Program-made: the position numbers and the translations under genes
Shown: positions 11,851 through 23,580 of the stretch, in pieces
How the letters are laid out: the number at the start of each line of letters is the position of its first letter
Numbering within the stretch: the stretch's first letter is position 1
Assembly: GCF_036321535.1 (NCBI RefSeq)
Contig: NC_087438.1
Span: 372,001-436,000 of the forward strand
Source of the DNA: Camelus dromedarius
Taxonomy: Eukaryota
DNA length: 64,000 nucleotides
Direction of reading: 5' to 3'
Notes under the pieces: generated by a model
Databases searched by the model: none
The model's input: only the letters and a program-made list of their open reading frames with translations
What the model was told of the DNA's origin: nothing

Positions 11851-12954
11851 TGAATCTCGTTACTCAGTATGGGCACTGACTGGGTGCTGCCTTGGTGCTG
11901 AGGTGGTGGCCAGGCTCCTGTCACACACAGTCTCTGCAGACGCCTGTGGACCAGGAAAATGGGGCACTACCTCATTATAGCAGCCCAAGGCGGTCATTAG
12001 GGTCCCCGCACATGGCCCCAGTGCTGGCCACTGTGCAAGGACAGGGGGACAAGGTGCATTTTTTCCTTGGTGTTGGGCTGGAGTGGGGCCGAGGTTGTCA
12101 GGAGTCTTTCTGCAAGGCCACCCCCGTCACTCTGACCCTGAGTGGCATGCTCACCCTTACCTTCTGGTCAGTGTCCATCGTGTTTCTGGGCTGCCAGCTT
12201 CTCTGGCATTCAGACCAGGATGTGTAGGCATTTTTTCTTGAGGTCCCCGGACAGTCGGCCTTCTGTCCCCACCCTTCAGAGTCACCTGGTGTTTGCTTCC
12301 CGTGTTGTCCAGGGTTTTTAGGTCTAATAAGTGGGGAGGAACAGGGTAAAATGTTTCTACTCTGTCTTGTCTGGAATTGGAAGCCCCCAAACCAGTTTCA
12401 AGTTTAATCAAGACGTGTTTTAAAAATAGATGTTCTTGGGAAAATATTGGTGTACACAGACACGAACTGTCTATTTGATGACAGGAACTTATTTTTGTAA
12501 TGGCATTTGTTGGGCGGCTGCTTACTGGGTGTGCCATGTGGAGGCACGTGGTGACCGAGCATGCGGTGGGCCCTGACGTGTCATGGCATGTTGAGGGCAG
12601 GTTAACTACCAATGGGTTTCAGGTTTAGATCCCTGCACTGGGGCTACATGGGCTGCAGGGCTGAGGACTCAGGCATGGAAGCGGGAACTCCCCAGGAGGG
12701 CTTCCTGGTGAGAGGGCTTTGGAGGGTGAAGTACGGAGCCTGGGCAGGGCCTGGGCCTGAGACGTGTTGGAGGTCAGTGAGCTCAAACTTCACATGTGGT
12801 TCCCGCACTTTAGTGTTGACACTCAGACTTGAAGTGAGGTGTGTTTGTGTTTGTGCCTTTTTCAGATTATGAGGTTGCTTTATCTCACTTTTATTGCAAT
12901 AACTGATTTCCAATAAAATAATAAAGTTAAAATCTCATAATTTTCTATTCTTAG

Positions 12955-13082
12955 CTGAACTTCAGTCATTATCTATTCCTGGAACTTACCGAGAAAAGAT
13001 TACTCACCTAGGAAACTCCTTGATGAATTTAACAGGTCTGAGATCTCTAGATCTGTCACGCAACTCCTTGGTTAGTCTAGAG
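12955..13082 (+). CDS. CEP72: CEP72 exon 2 (AELQSLSIPGTYREKITHLGNSLMNLTGLRSLDLSRNSLVSLE), LRR
   Basis: ttcttag| acceptor, |gtaagt donor, 128 nt, in phase with exons 1 and 3; LRR pattern LRSLDLSRNSL. Confidence 0.97.
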
Positions 13083-13738
13083 GTAAGTTTTAGGTTTGTT
13101 TCTTAAGAGAAAATTCATTGCTGTCAATAGCAGTGGAGGGTACTTTTATAGTAAGAATGCAGTGTGCTTTGCAACTGTGCTTACAGTGCTTGTAAACTGT
13201 ACGCTTCACAATGGTTACAAGCGTTGTGCTGGTTTTCTTGTGTTTGCCGTGAGCTGGATTTCTTAGGCATCACATTGCATTTTTGAACTCCTGGGACAAC
13301 CAGAAGTCACGGCTCTGATGAAGGTGGTTGTATCTTTCAAGGGAACAGGATAAGGCCTGGCAGACGATGTGGGGGTGTCACTCCTTTCGCTTTATCAGCT
13401 GCCCTTTCTTCATCCATATGCACTGTGCTCCGGCCCTTGAATGGCTTGTGTGCCTGACACGGGAGGTGCTTGTCCTGGTGGGGTCAGAAGTTGCCCATGG
13501 GCGGCGAGTGGGCACGTGTGGGAGCCTTGTGAGAGAGGAGGGCAGGACGTGGCTGCCCTGGACCGCGATGCCTTCAGTCCGGTGTGAGTTCTCCCCGGCA
13601 GAGCCCGCCTGGCCCATTTCCCATCGGGCGTGTCACCGTGTGCGAACTGGGAGCTCATGCTCCTCTTCTGTCCCAGGATGGCGCGGGCGGGGTCTCGTGC
13701 TGGTGTGAAGTGACCCGCCCCGGCGCCTTTCCCCGCAG

Positions 13739-13931
13739 GGCATCGAGCACCTGGTCGCGCTGCAGCGCCTCAGCCTCTACTACAACCTCATCTCCTCGCC
13801 GGCCGAGCTGTTCCGGCTCCGTGTGCTGCCCGCGCTCTCGGACGCGGACTTCCGGCTGAACCCCGTGGTGAAGAGCGAGCCCGGCTACCGCCTCTTCATG
13901 GTGCACCTGCTCCCGGGGCTCCGGCGGCTGG
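13739..13931 (+). CDS. CEP72: CEP72 exon 3 (GIEHLVALQRLSLYYNLISS...FRLNPVVKSEPGYRLFMVHLLPGLRRL), LRR and LRR cap
   Basis: ccccgcag| acceptor, G|gtaggg donor, 193 nt; LYYN and DFRLNPV..YRLF motifs. Confidence 0.97.
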
Positions 13932-14689
13932 GTAGGGCCGGCTGCACGCGCCCTCGCGGGGCTGCCCGGCGCTGCACTCTGGACCTTCGGGAAAGGGAGG
14001 CTGATTTCCTCTTCTCGCAGGGGAGCTGCCCGGGGAGGGGGCTGGGGGCAAGCTCCCGTGGGCCAACCCTAGCATTTCGGAGCTTTGAAGGAAGAGGATT
14101 GTGGTCGAGTGGAGTCTTCTCGGGCCCAGGGCACACACTGGACAGTTGAAAGTCTTGTTCTAGTCCTGCGGGTTTGAGGATGCAAACCTGCGTGTCAGCC
14201 CACCGCTGGGGGTCCTCTCGAGTATGTTCAGGGACACTTGTCAGGGGTGCTCAGTGCGGTTTGGGAACCTCACACAGCCCCCAGGACGTGCACTCAGAGG
14301 ACACGAGGAGGCCTTGCACATGTGCAAATTTGCACGTTTTTCCTTTCCTGCTTCCAAGGGGCCTGAGGAGCGAGCCTGGTGTGGCCGCCCACCCTCTGGG
14401 AATCCGCATTCAGCATCTCTGGGAAACCAGTTGTAGCCTCCAGAGCCCAGCCTTGCTTTACCTGCTTGCCCAGTCCTCTGGGGGATGCAATGGCAGGCTC
14501 AGCCCCCAGGGGACAGAAGTCCTTGGAGCAGGGGGTGGCAGTCCTGGTCACGCATTGTGCGGCCAGACAGGTGAGGGACACCGCACTCCCAAGGGGAGGC
14601 CGGTAGGTGCACCAGGAGGGTTGGTTGTCGGGCCTGGTGCCCTCCTCATGGCCTTGTCTGCTAGTTTCTCTGTGGTATCCTCCCTCTAG

Positions 14690-14798
14690 ATGACCGCCCT
14701 GTGAGGGAGAGTGAGCGGGAAGCATCCCAGCTGCATTTTGCTTCGGAGGAATCGCTGGACTCAAAGCAGAGCTTCCCAACTGCTTTCAGAGTCGAAAG
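14690..14798 (+). CDS. CEP72: CEP72 exon 4 (DDRPVRESEREASQLHFASEESLDSKQSFPTAFRVE)
   Basis: ccctctag| acceptor, AG|gtatga donor, 109 nt, phase 1 to 2; DDRPV..SER..S.LHFASE motif. Confidence 0.95.
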
Positions 14799-15275
14799 GT
14801 ATGAGCAGAAGTGGGGTTTGAACATGGAGAGGAGTGTCGAGGTTGATAGAAAGATGTAAACTTCTTTCTGTGCCGAGTGCCCGTCAGAGGGCAGACATGC
14901 AGGGGCAGAGGGAAGGAGAGGTGCCGGGTACCACCTGGGGCTCAAGGAGACTGCGGGACAGTCTCTCTCACTGTCGTCCACATTTTCTCTACATTATTTT
15001 GCAGTATCAAAAATGTCTGTTAAAGTAACTCATGTAAAACATGGAGCACAAAAGTCTTCTCCCGAGTCCTGGCCCACTCCTCAGGGGCAGCTGCTTTCCC
15101 TCCTGTCATTGTTTCTGCTTCCGGGTTCTGTTTGAGTGACTTTCTCATTTCCAAGCAGTGCAGACGCTTTGCCATTTCTGGATGTGAGGAGCCTCCTCTT
15201 CCCGCTCCCGGCCATGGGGGCCTGCGCCCACCTGCTTCTCGCTGCCTCCTGGCTCCTGCATCTTATGTTTGACTT

Positions 15276-15444
15276 CATTTATTTATTTTTTAAATTTTAT
15301 TTATTTTTCTTCTTTCTTTCTTTCTTTTTTGGGGGAGAGGTAATTAGGTTTGTTTATTTATTTTTAGAGGAGGTACTGGGGATTGAACCCAGGACCTCAT
15401 GTATGCTAAGCATGCACCCTATCACTTGAGGTGTACCCTCCTCC
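15276..15444 (-). mobile_element. tRNA-derived SINE, camelid type (Vic-1-like), with 12-bp TSD
   Basis: Antisense B box (ggggattgaacccagg), aattaggtttgtttattta body and A-rich tail; exact TATGTTTGACTT at 15264-15275 and 15445-15456; same family as 23841-23955. Confidence 0.85.
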
Positions 15445-15670
15445 TATGTTTGACTTTAGATCGTCAGGGTTGGTGGTGTCTGAGCCATAAGAGTCCTCAT
15501 GTGTATGGGTTGGTTCTAAAGCGTACAAGCCAGTCAGCGGTGTGTACCTGGCTTGTAAGGTGCCAGGATTACGTACTCTTGGATGCCATTTGTTTTGTCT
15601 GAAGCTTTCAATAGCTTTCTTTTTCTTGCAGTTTATGGATGCCTTAGCTCATCCATAAATTCCTCTAATG

Positions 15671-15880
15671 TAGGGGTCAGCTGACTTTTTTGTCAAGGGC
15701 TGGAGAGTGCATATTTTAGCTCTGTGGACAATAAGATCTGTGTTTCTGCTCCTCAGCCCTGCCTGTGTGACAGGGAAGCAGCCATAGGCAATACACCGGT
15801 GAATGACTGTGTTCCAGCAGAACTGTTCACACAAGCTGTGGGCTGGATTTGAGCTGTGGTCCATACTGAGCTAGCTTCTG
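15671..15880. mobile_element. MER58A-like hAT-Charlie MITE
   Basis: taggggtcag.....ttttttgtcaagggc...atattttag...gcagccataggcaatac...tgtgttccagc...ggctggatttg follows the recalled MER58A consensus end to end. Confidence 0.75.
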
Positions 15881-15989
15881 TTCTGATGGCTTGTGATCAG
15901 TTTCAGATCTCTGGGGTCTGTTCCCGCAGATACCTCCCCTGGTGCCCTCTTCCCTCACTTCCCTCTTTCAGACCAGACTAATTTTGTGT

Positions 15990-16410
15990 AGAAGTTTGTA
16001 GGGCTGATGGTGACAAAGTGCCACAAACATGGCTTAAAATAACAGACCCTTATTGTCTTCCAGTTAAAGCTGTAAGTCTGAAGTTAGGGTGTTGGCAGGG
16101 TTGCTCCCTTCTGGAGACTCTGAGGGAGAATCCATCCACGACCCCAGCATCTCTGGTTTGCTCACAGTCTTGGTGCTCCTTGGCTGGTATGTGCGCCCCA
16201 CTCTGGCCGTTTCACGGAGCTCCCCAAACTGCACATCCGTCCCTGTGTCCGAGTCTCCCCTCTGCAAGGACACCAGTCACACTGGATCAGGGCCCACCCT
16301 GACGACCTCGTCTTAACTCCTTTACCGCTGCAAAGACCCTATTTCCAAATAAGGTCATGTTCTGGGGTGTTGGGACTTGCGCATCTGTTTTAGGGGCCAC
16401 AGTGTGACCC
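15990..16410 (-). mobile_element. MLT1 (ERVL-MaLR) solo LTR
   Basis: gccacaaacatggcttaaaataacaga...ggagactctgagggagaatcc...aaggacaccagtcacactggatcagggcccaccct...gcaaagaccctatttccaaataaggtca. Confidence 0.85.
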
Positions 16411-18093
16411 CTGTGCCTTGAATTCTGCAGTCTCTCTGTGATCACGCATTAGTTCCAGGAGTTTTTGTTTGTTGGTTGGTTGTTTCTTGGGGATTTTCTG
16501 CGTAGGTGATCAATCACGTCATCTGTGAACAAAGACAGTCTCGCGTCTTCCTTCCCAGCCTGTGTACCCAGTCTGTATTTCCTTTTCTTGTCTCGTTACG
16601 TGAGCTGGGACTTGGAGTGGGATGTTGCAAAGCACCCTTGCCTCGTATCTGATCACTTTGAGGAGTTTCCCTTCTGTGCCTGGCTTGCTGACCGCTTTTA
16701 TCATGAGTGGGTGTTGGGTTTGTTAGTTGCTTTTTCCGCATGTATTGATCTGGTCATATGACTTCTCTTCTTTAGCCTGTTGATGTGATGAATTACATTG
16801 ATTTTTTTTCCAAATGTTGAACTAGCCACACATTCCTGGAATAAATCCCCCTTGGTCATGGTGCAGAGTTCTTTTTGTATGTTGTTGGGTTCAATTTGCT
16901 GATACTTTGTTGAGGATTTTTGCATCTGTGTTTATGGGAGGTACTGCTCTATAGTTTCCTTGTGTGATCTTTGCTGGTTCTGATCAGGGTAATGCTGACC
17001 TCTTGGAATGAGCTAGGGTGTATTCCCTCTGCTGCTGCTTCTGTCTTCTGGAAAAGATGGTAGAGAATTGATATAATTTCTTCCTTAAGTGTCTGATAGA
17101 ATCTACCAGTGAGCCCACCTGGACCTGGTATTTCAGGAGGCTGTTAACTTTTGACTCGATGTCTTTGATAAGCACAAGTCTGTTCAGATTATCTATTTCT
17201 CCTGGTGTGGGTTTTGGTAGATTGTTTCTTTCCAGGAATTGCTCCATTTCATTTGGGACATATTTGTATTCCTCTTTTATCCTCTCGATGCCCATGGGGT
17301 GCCTCTTCTTTCAATTTTGATATTAGTAATTTGTCTTTTTTGGGGGGGGGGGTTCACCTGGCATAGAGGTTTTTCAATTTTATTGATCCTTTTTTCAAAG
17401 AACGAACCTTGGAGTTTTTTGCTTTTTCTTTTTTGGTTTCCTGTTTGCAGGTTCACTGGTTTCTGCTCTGGTTTTTAGTGTTTGTTTTCTTCTTCCTACA
17501 CTGGATCTGGTTTGTTTTCTCAGTTTCCTAAGGTAGCTTAGACTGTCGATTTTAGATCTTACTGTTTTCTGATATTTACGTTCAGTGCTGTGAATCTCCC
17601 TCTGCACATTGCTTTTACTACATCCTACCCATTTTGATAAGGTGTATTTTCTTTTTCATTTAGTTGAACATATTTATTTTTGTAAATCACTTTTTTTAAA
17701 TTGAAGTACAGTTGATTTAAGATGTTGTGTTAGTTTCTGGTGTATAGCAAAGTGATTCAGTTTTATATATATATGTGTGTGTGTGTGTTCTTTTGCAGGT
17801 TCTCTTCGATTGTAGTTTATGACAAACTACTGAATATAGTTCCTGTGCTGTACACTAGGACCCTGTTACTGATCTGTTTATCTAGTTTACGTGCAGTAGT
17901 GTGTATCTGCTAATCCCAGGCTCCTAATTTATCCCTCCCACCTACACTTTCCCCTTTGGTAACTGTAAGTGTATTTTCTGTGTCTGTGAGTCTGTTTCTG
18001 TTTTGTACATAAATTCATTTGTGTCCGTTTTTTAGATTCCTTGTATAAGTCATATCATACGGTATTTTTCTTTCTTTCTGACTGACTTTGCTT

Positions 18094-18286
18094 NNNNNNN
18101 NNNNNNNNNNNNNNNNNNNNNNNNNNNNNNNNNNNNNNNNNNNNNNNNNNNNNNNNNNNNNNNNNNNNNNNNNNNNNNNNNNNNNNNNNNNNNNNNNNNN
18201 NNNNNNNNNNNNNNNNNNNNNNNNNNNNNNNNNNNNNNNNNNNNNNNNNNNNNNNNNNNNNNNNNNNNNNNNNNNNNNNNNNNNNN
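18094..18286. other. Assembly gap (193 N) inside an L1 3' end
   Basis: Run of N between ...gactttgctt and cttttgaattag... Confidence 1.
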
Positions 18287-19403
18287 CTTTTTGAATTAGA
18301 GTTTTCATCTTTTCTGGATATAAGCCCAAGAGTGGGATTGCTGGTCATAGGGTAGGTCTATTTTTAGTTTTTTAAGGAACCTCCAAACTGTTTTCCATAA
18401 CAGCTGCACCTATATACATCCCCACCAACAGTGTAGGAGGGTTCCTTTTTCTCTGCACCTTCCAAAAGATTTTTAAGTTTCTTTTGAGATTTCTTTGACT
18501 CATGTGTCACTTGGAAATAAGCTGTCTAATCTCTGTGGGTTTTTTTTTTTTTGAGATTTCCCAGTTATCTTCCTGTTATTTATTTTACTACTAGTTCAAT
18601 TCCACTGTGTCCTGAGAGCAAATATCACGTGACTTAAATTTGTGAAGGTGTGTTTTGTGGCCCAGCATGTGGTCTGTCTTGGTGAGTGTTCCAGGTGAGC
18701 TTGGGAAGCCTGTGTGCCCTGCTGCTGTTGGATGAGGTTGCTATGGATGTCCCTGCATCCAGTTGCTGGGTGGGGAGCTCAGCTGTGTCCTGGAAGGCAG
18801 GACATCCCCCTGCTGGCCTGGTCGGCTCTGGTGGAGGCCGTTGAAGTGGCCCGGCCACTTCTCCTCGCCGTTTTGTCAGTTTTCACACCATATAATGTGA
18901 TGCTGTCTTGAGAGGTGCAGACATGTCAGGGACTGTCGTTGTCTCAGCGAACTGACCCCGCGGTCTACACAGGCCCCTCTTTATCCCGGATCGTGCTCCT
19001 TGCTCGGGAGTCAGCTCTTCTGAGAGCAGTGCAGCTTCCACTTGCTTTTGATTACTGTCGGCATGGTCTGTTTCTATCTGTTTACCTTTCGTCCCCATGT
19101 CTTTATGTTTAAAGTGGGTTTCTTTGGGTCTTGAATCTTGATCCACACTGACAGTCTCTTTCAGTTGGTGCGTTTAGACCAGTGATACTCACAGTGGTTG
19201 TCGGTTCAGTTGGGTTAGTGGCTGCCGTGCTTGTCACTGTTTCTGCGCGTTGCCTTGCTCTTTGTTTCCGTTCTTGCTCCTGCTCTCTTTCTCCCTTTAC
19301 GGTTTTAAGTGAGCGTTTTACGATCCTGTTTCCTCTCCTTTCTTAGCACGTCAGTCATCCTTATAGTTTTACTTTTCTCGGCAGCAGACTGGAGCCCACG
19401 GTC

Positions 19404-19862
19404 CAGGCAGCCGTGCTCTTCTGAGCTTTGCTTTACTGTGCTTCCTGGGACAGCGTTTTTACAGATCGAAGGGGTACGGCAGCTGTGCATCGAGTAAGTC
19501 TGTTGGCACCATTTTTCCAGCACCACATCGTGTCTCTGTCACATTTTTGTTATTCTCATGATATTTCACACTTTTTCATTATGCTTGTCATGGTTATCTC
19601 TGGTAGTGAACTCTGATGTTGCTACTGCAGCTTGCTGAAGGCTCAGGTGATGGTTAGCATTTTTTAGCAATAAGGTATTTCTTAAGACATGTTCATTCTT
19701 TTTTGGCATAAGCGATTGCACACTTAACAGATGGCATTGTAGTGTGAACGTAACTTCTATGTGCACCAGGAAGGCGGACGACCGTGTGGCCCATGTGCTC
19801 GCAGTACTCGCTTTACTGAAGTCGCCTGGAGCTGGACGCGCAGTGTCTTCGAGGCCTGCCTG
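19404..19862. mobile_element. Internally deleted Tigger1 (TcMar) MITE, ~460 bp
   Basis: Inverted termini CAGGCAG... / ...CTGCCTG; both Tigger1 ends recognisable (gcaccatttttccagc, gtcacatttttg, gctgaaggctcaggtgatggttagcattttttagcaataa, attgcacacttaa). Confidence 0.85.
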
Positions 19863-21946
19863 TTGCAGTCACGAGACCCAAGACCACTTTCATACCCTGC
19901 CCCGCCTCAGACGGAGCAGGTGCCTCGAGATCACAGAAGACTCCCAAGTCCTCCCCGCCCGCTTCTCTGGGGCCCACGCTGCAATCCTGCGAGGAACACG
20001 TGAAGTTACGTGGCCGAGTACGTGTGGTCATTTCAGACAAACTGGTATCTGCCAGGTGGATTAGGAAGGGGAAAAGTGGAGGTTTATCCACCTTCACTCA
20101 GTCCTAGAGGCTCTTCCTGCCCTGTCAGTCAGTTTCTGACCTCTCTCGGTCTCCTTCTCCCTGAAGAGCTTCTTTTACACCTCTTACAAGGCAGGACTGC
20201 TGGCCACAAATTCCCTCAGTTTTTGATTATCTGAAAAGGTCTTCATTTCTCCTTCACTTTTGAAGGATAATTTTCAGGTACAGAATTCTAGGTTAGTTTT
20301 GTTTTTGTTTTTGTTTTTGTTTTTTTGGTCTCAACACTAAATATTTCACTCCATTCTTTTACTGCTCGCATGGTTTCCAAGGAGAAGGTAGATGTAAGTC
20401 TTACTCTCTGTAGTAATGAGTCTTTCCTCTGATTCATTTCAAGATTTTTTCCTTTGTCTCAGAGTTTCTCCAGTTTGAATATATTCCTTGGTGTGATTTG
20501 GGGGCATTAATTCTGCCACCGTTCTCTGAGCTTCCTGGTTCTGTGATTTGGGGTCTGACATTAATTTGAGGAAATTTTAAGTCTTCTTCAAATGTTTTTT
20601 TGGTTCCTCTCCCTTTTCTCCTTCTGTGTTCTCATTATGTGTGTGAGACACCTTTTGTATGCCGCATGATTCGTGGGTATTCTGTTCTGGGTCCTTTTTT
20701 CCCAGTCCTTTTTTCCTTCGCTTTTCAGTTTTGGAAGTTTCTGTTGATTAATTCTCAGGTTCAGAGATGATTTCCTCAGCTGTGTCCAGTCCACTAGTAA
20801 GTCCATCAGAAGCGTTCTTCATTTCTGTTACAGTGTTTTTGACTCTAATGTTTCTTAGAATTTCAGTCTCTCTGCTTATATTCCCCATCTGTTCTTCCAT
20901 TTTTTCCCAGTAGATCTCTTAGCATTATTCCTCAGAGTTGCTTTAAAACCAGGTCGGATTCAGTCCAACATTTTTGCCATATCCGAGTCTGGTTCTAAGG
21001 CTTACTCGTCTTCAAGGTTGTTTTGGCTATTTGGAGTTCATTGAGATTCCACATGCATTTTAGGGTGGGTTTTTCTATTTCTGTAAAAACGTCATTGAGG
21101 TTTCGATAGGACTGCACTGACTCTGTAGATGGCTTTGAGTGGTATGGGCATTTAAGAGTGTTTGTCTTCCAGTCCATGAATGAGGATGTGTTTCCATTTA
21201 TTAACATCTCCTTTAATTTCTTTCATCAAAGTTTTGTAGTTTACCTGTCCTTGATAATCTCAAGACTGAACAGTCACAGAGTGTCATGATCTGGCGCAGC
21301 GTCCTTATCACCCAGGGTGGCTGCGGAAAGCCAAGTCCGAAGTCCCCTTCTTTCTGCAGGGCGTCTGGAGGACTTTCCTAGCAGAAAGTGGGGAATGTTT
21401 CAGACCTCTCAAAGTCAGACCAGGTGCCACAGGATCAGTATTCATAGTACGTGGTTGAGTGCTGTTTTGAAGAGTGACTTCTCACACTGCCCTGTTGGAA
21501 GTGAGGTCCCTCTGAGTGTGTTCGCCTTTCACGGAGGGACATCCTGTTCTAAGATGCTCACCGTTCAGTTGGTTGGGAAGTGCTTTCACTTAATGCAGAA
21601 GCAGGAATCTGGGGCTCCACACCGGGGGCCGTCTGGGTCACACACATCGCCTTGCTGGTGCGTGGGGGGGGATGGGGCAGCAGGGGATGGCCAGGCGGAG
21701 CCTTCCAGAACCTCTGTCCTTGAGCAAGCCCCGGTGGCCCCTGCCCGTGCCGGGCTGGTGTGGGGACACGAGACCTTGCTGCCCGTCCCGTGGTCCTGGC
21801 TGAGTCCGCTCGGCCTCCTTGCAGCAGACGCCCCGGCGCCACCGCCCAGAGACCTTGTGGCCCTGCTGGCGGCAGAGGCTCCCTCGTGGGGTCGCATGGG
21901 CTGCTGCTCCGGCACTGGCTTTGCCTGTCTTTGCCTGTCTTTGCAG

Positions 21947-22125
21947 ACCGCGCCACTCCAGAGCCACGTGCGCCGACCCCTCGGCCGGGAAGTGCTTGGT
22001 CATGGACACGGACGACGAGGCGGTCCTGAACCTCATTGCCGAGTGTGAGTGGGACCTGAGCAACCCTCCCGGGAGCAGGAGCTCCAGCCAGAAGGAGCGA
22101 GAGGTCAGCTTCCAGGGCTCCCAAG
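21947..22125 (+). CDS. CEP72: CEP72 exon 5 (PRHSRATCADPSAGKCLVMDTDDEAVLNLIAECEWDLSNPPGSRSSSQKEREVSFQGSQ)
   Basis: ctttgcag| acceptor, G|gtaggc donor, 179 nt; LVMD.DDEAVLNLIAECEWDL motif. Confidence 0.96.
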
Positions 22126-23448
22126 GTAGGCTGCTGCTCCACGGAGAATGTCGGCGCGGCCGGCCCGCCCCAGATGTCAGTATCCGCCAGCTTGAGGATG
22201 CATGGTGGCATCGAAAACTGACCTTTCGTGCAGCCTCTCCCTGCAGTCTTGGTGCACCAGGAACTACCAGTGACTTGGGTCACGGGTTATAAATGGAGAA
22301 GTCAGTGTATCTGAGGTGGGCCGTCATGCTGCATGGCACTCCCAGTTATGGCCCTCCTCAGACCAGTCACAGACAATGAGGAAATATGTCCTGCGCCCGG
22401 GGGACTGAGCCCCCACTGGCCACAGGCAGCCCCTCCCAGCTCCTGCTGCACATGGGACTCAGACCCAACGGGGCTGTGGGCATGAGCTCCACGCCCTTCG
22501 CTGGGGGCTCTTTTACCAGGACTTGTGTGTGAAAGTCAGCCCTGTGGCTGCCGCCAGCTTCCTGAGAGCTTTCCCTGAAGACGCAACAGGCTGAGGCCTC
22601 CCAGCTACAGGGTCACCTCTGCCCACCGGGACCCTGCTGCTCGTGGGACCGTCGGTCTCCCTCCCACTGGCTCCTGTCCTGGGGGGTACGGCGGTCTCGT
22701 GGTGGTTCAAAGTGGCATTTCCTGAAGGCGGGTGATGACCACCTCCTCACGTGCCCACATCTCTCCCTCAGTTTCTCTCCGTGGCCGTCCCTCCGCGTCT
22801 TCTCTTCCGCGTCTTCCTGGAGTTGAGTCACACGAGCTCTTCCTGGTGATTGAATGCGAGCCCTTTCTCAGAATTAGTACTGCAGGGTGTCTCCGTTCCC
22901 GCTTGCCTTCCACTTTCCTAACAGTGCTGCAGAGAGAAGGCTTTTGAAGTCAGGGCACCATTCTCTCTCTGGCGGTGCATGCTGCGTGCTGCTGCCTTTG
23001 CTCAGGGGCAGGTCGACATCCTGCAGCTCAGTGCTCAGGCCTGAGCTCCGTCCTGGAGTGAGCTCATGGATGTGCTGTGAGCGTGTGGGTCAAGGTGTCC
23101 GTCCCCCATGTGTACCCGGTTGTGCCAGGGCCATTTACTGGAAAGATGGTCTTTTTCTCCCTTAATCACCTTGGCACGCTAGTTAATCCAGTTGGCTGCA
23201 GTCCCTTTCTGCATTCTGTTGGCCGTAGCGTCTGCCTTGGTGCCCTGCTGAACGGCTGCTCCTGAGTCGGGCTAGGTCCCTCTCCCCAGGCCGCTGCGGG
23301 TTCAGTCGGGACAGCTGGCACTGTCACTCACCCAGCCGTCTCCCTGCTTACCCGATGTAAGGAACACATTTAACAGGTATCATTTACTGTCAGAAACTCA
23401 AAAGGTAGTTTTTAATGGAATAAAATTTTAAAAATGTTTTCAATGCAG

Positions 23449-23580
23449 TGGAGTCGTGGCGTCCACTGAGCCCACTGTCGGCGCAGCACCAGTGTGGGGA
23501 CTCCCGGAGGAAGGGCTGCGGGAAGACGAGCGGCGCCAGGGGCGTGTGTGCGGAGCTGCGGCTTCAGGACCCACGCTGCG
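23449..23580 (+). CDS. CEP72: CEP72 exon 6 (VESWRPLSPLSAQHQCGDSRRKG...DPRC); 3' end ambiguous (23580, 23616 or 23670)
   Basis: caatgcag| acceptor; LSP...QCGDS motif; three phase-1 donors are all compatible with exon 7. Confidence 0.8.

Larger units (their letters stand above)
16420..21250 (-). mobile_element. Composite antisense L1 tract in CEP72 intron 4 (old L1M interrupted by a younger L1 3' end at ~17690-18465 and a Tigger1 MITE)
   Basis: Antisense ORF2 motifs (cattcctggaataaatccccc.tggtcatggtg, gttgaggatttttgcatctgtgttt, gggtaatgctgacctc); L1 3'UTR start aattgaagtacagttgattta at ~17699. Confidence 0.8.

Noticed and set aside
18015-18348. ORFs spanning the N run
   Set aside because: Artefacts of the assembly gap.
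20296-20326. (TTTTTG)n and other short simple repeats such as (TA)n(TG)n at ~17764-17790 and 10-bp duplications at 21919-21946 and 33557-33580
   Set aside because: Ordinary slippage products, mostly inside L1 sequence; no sign of function.
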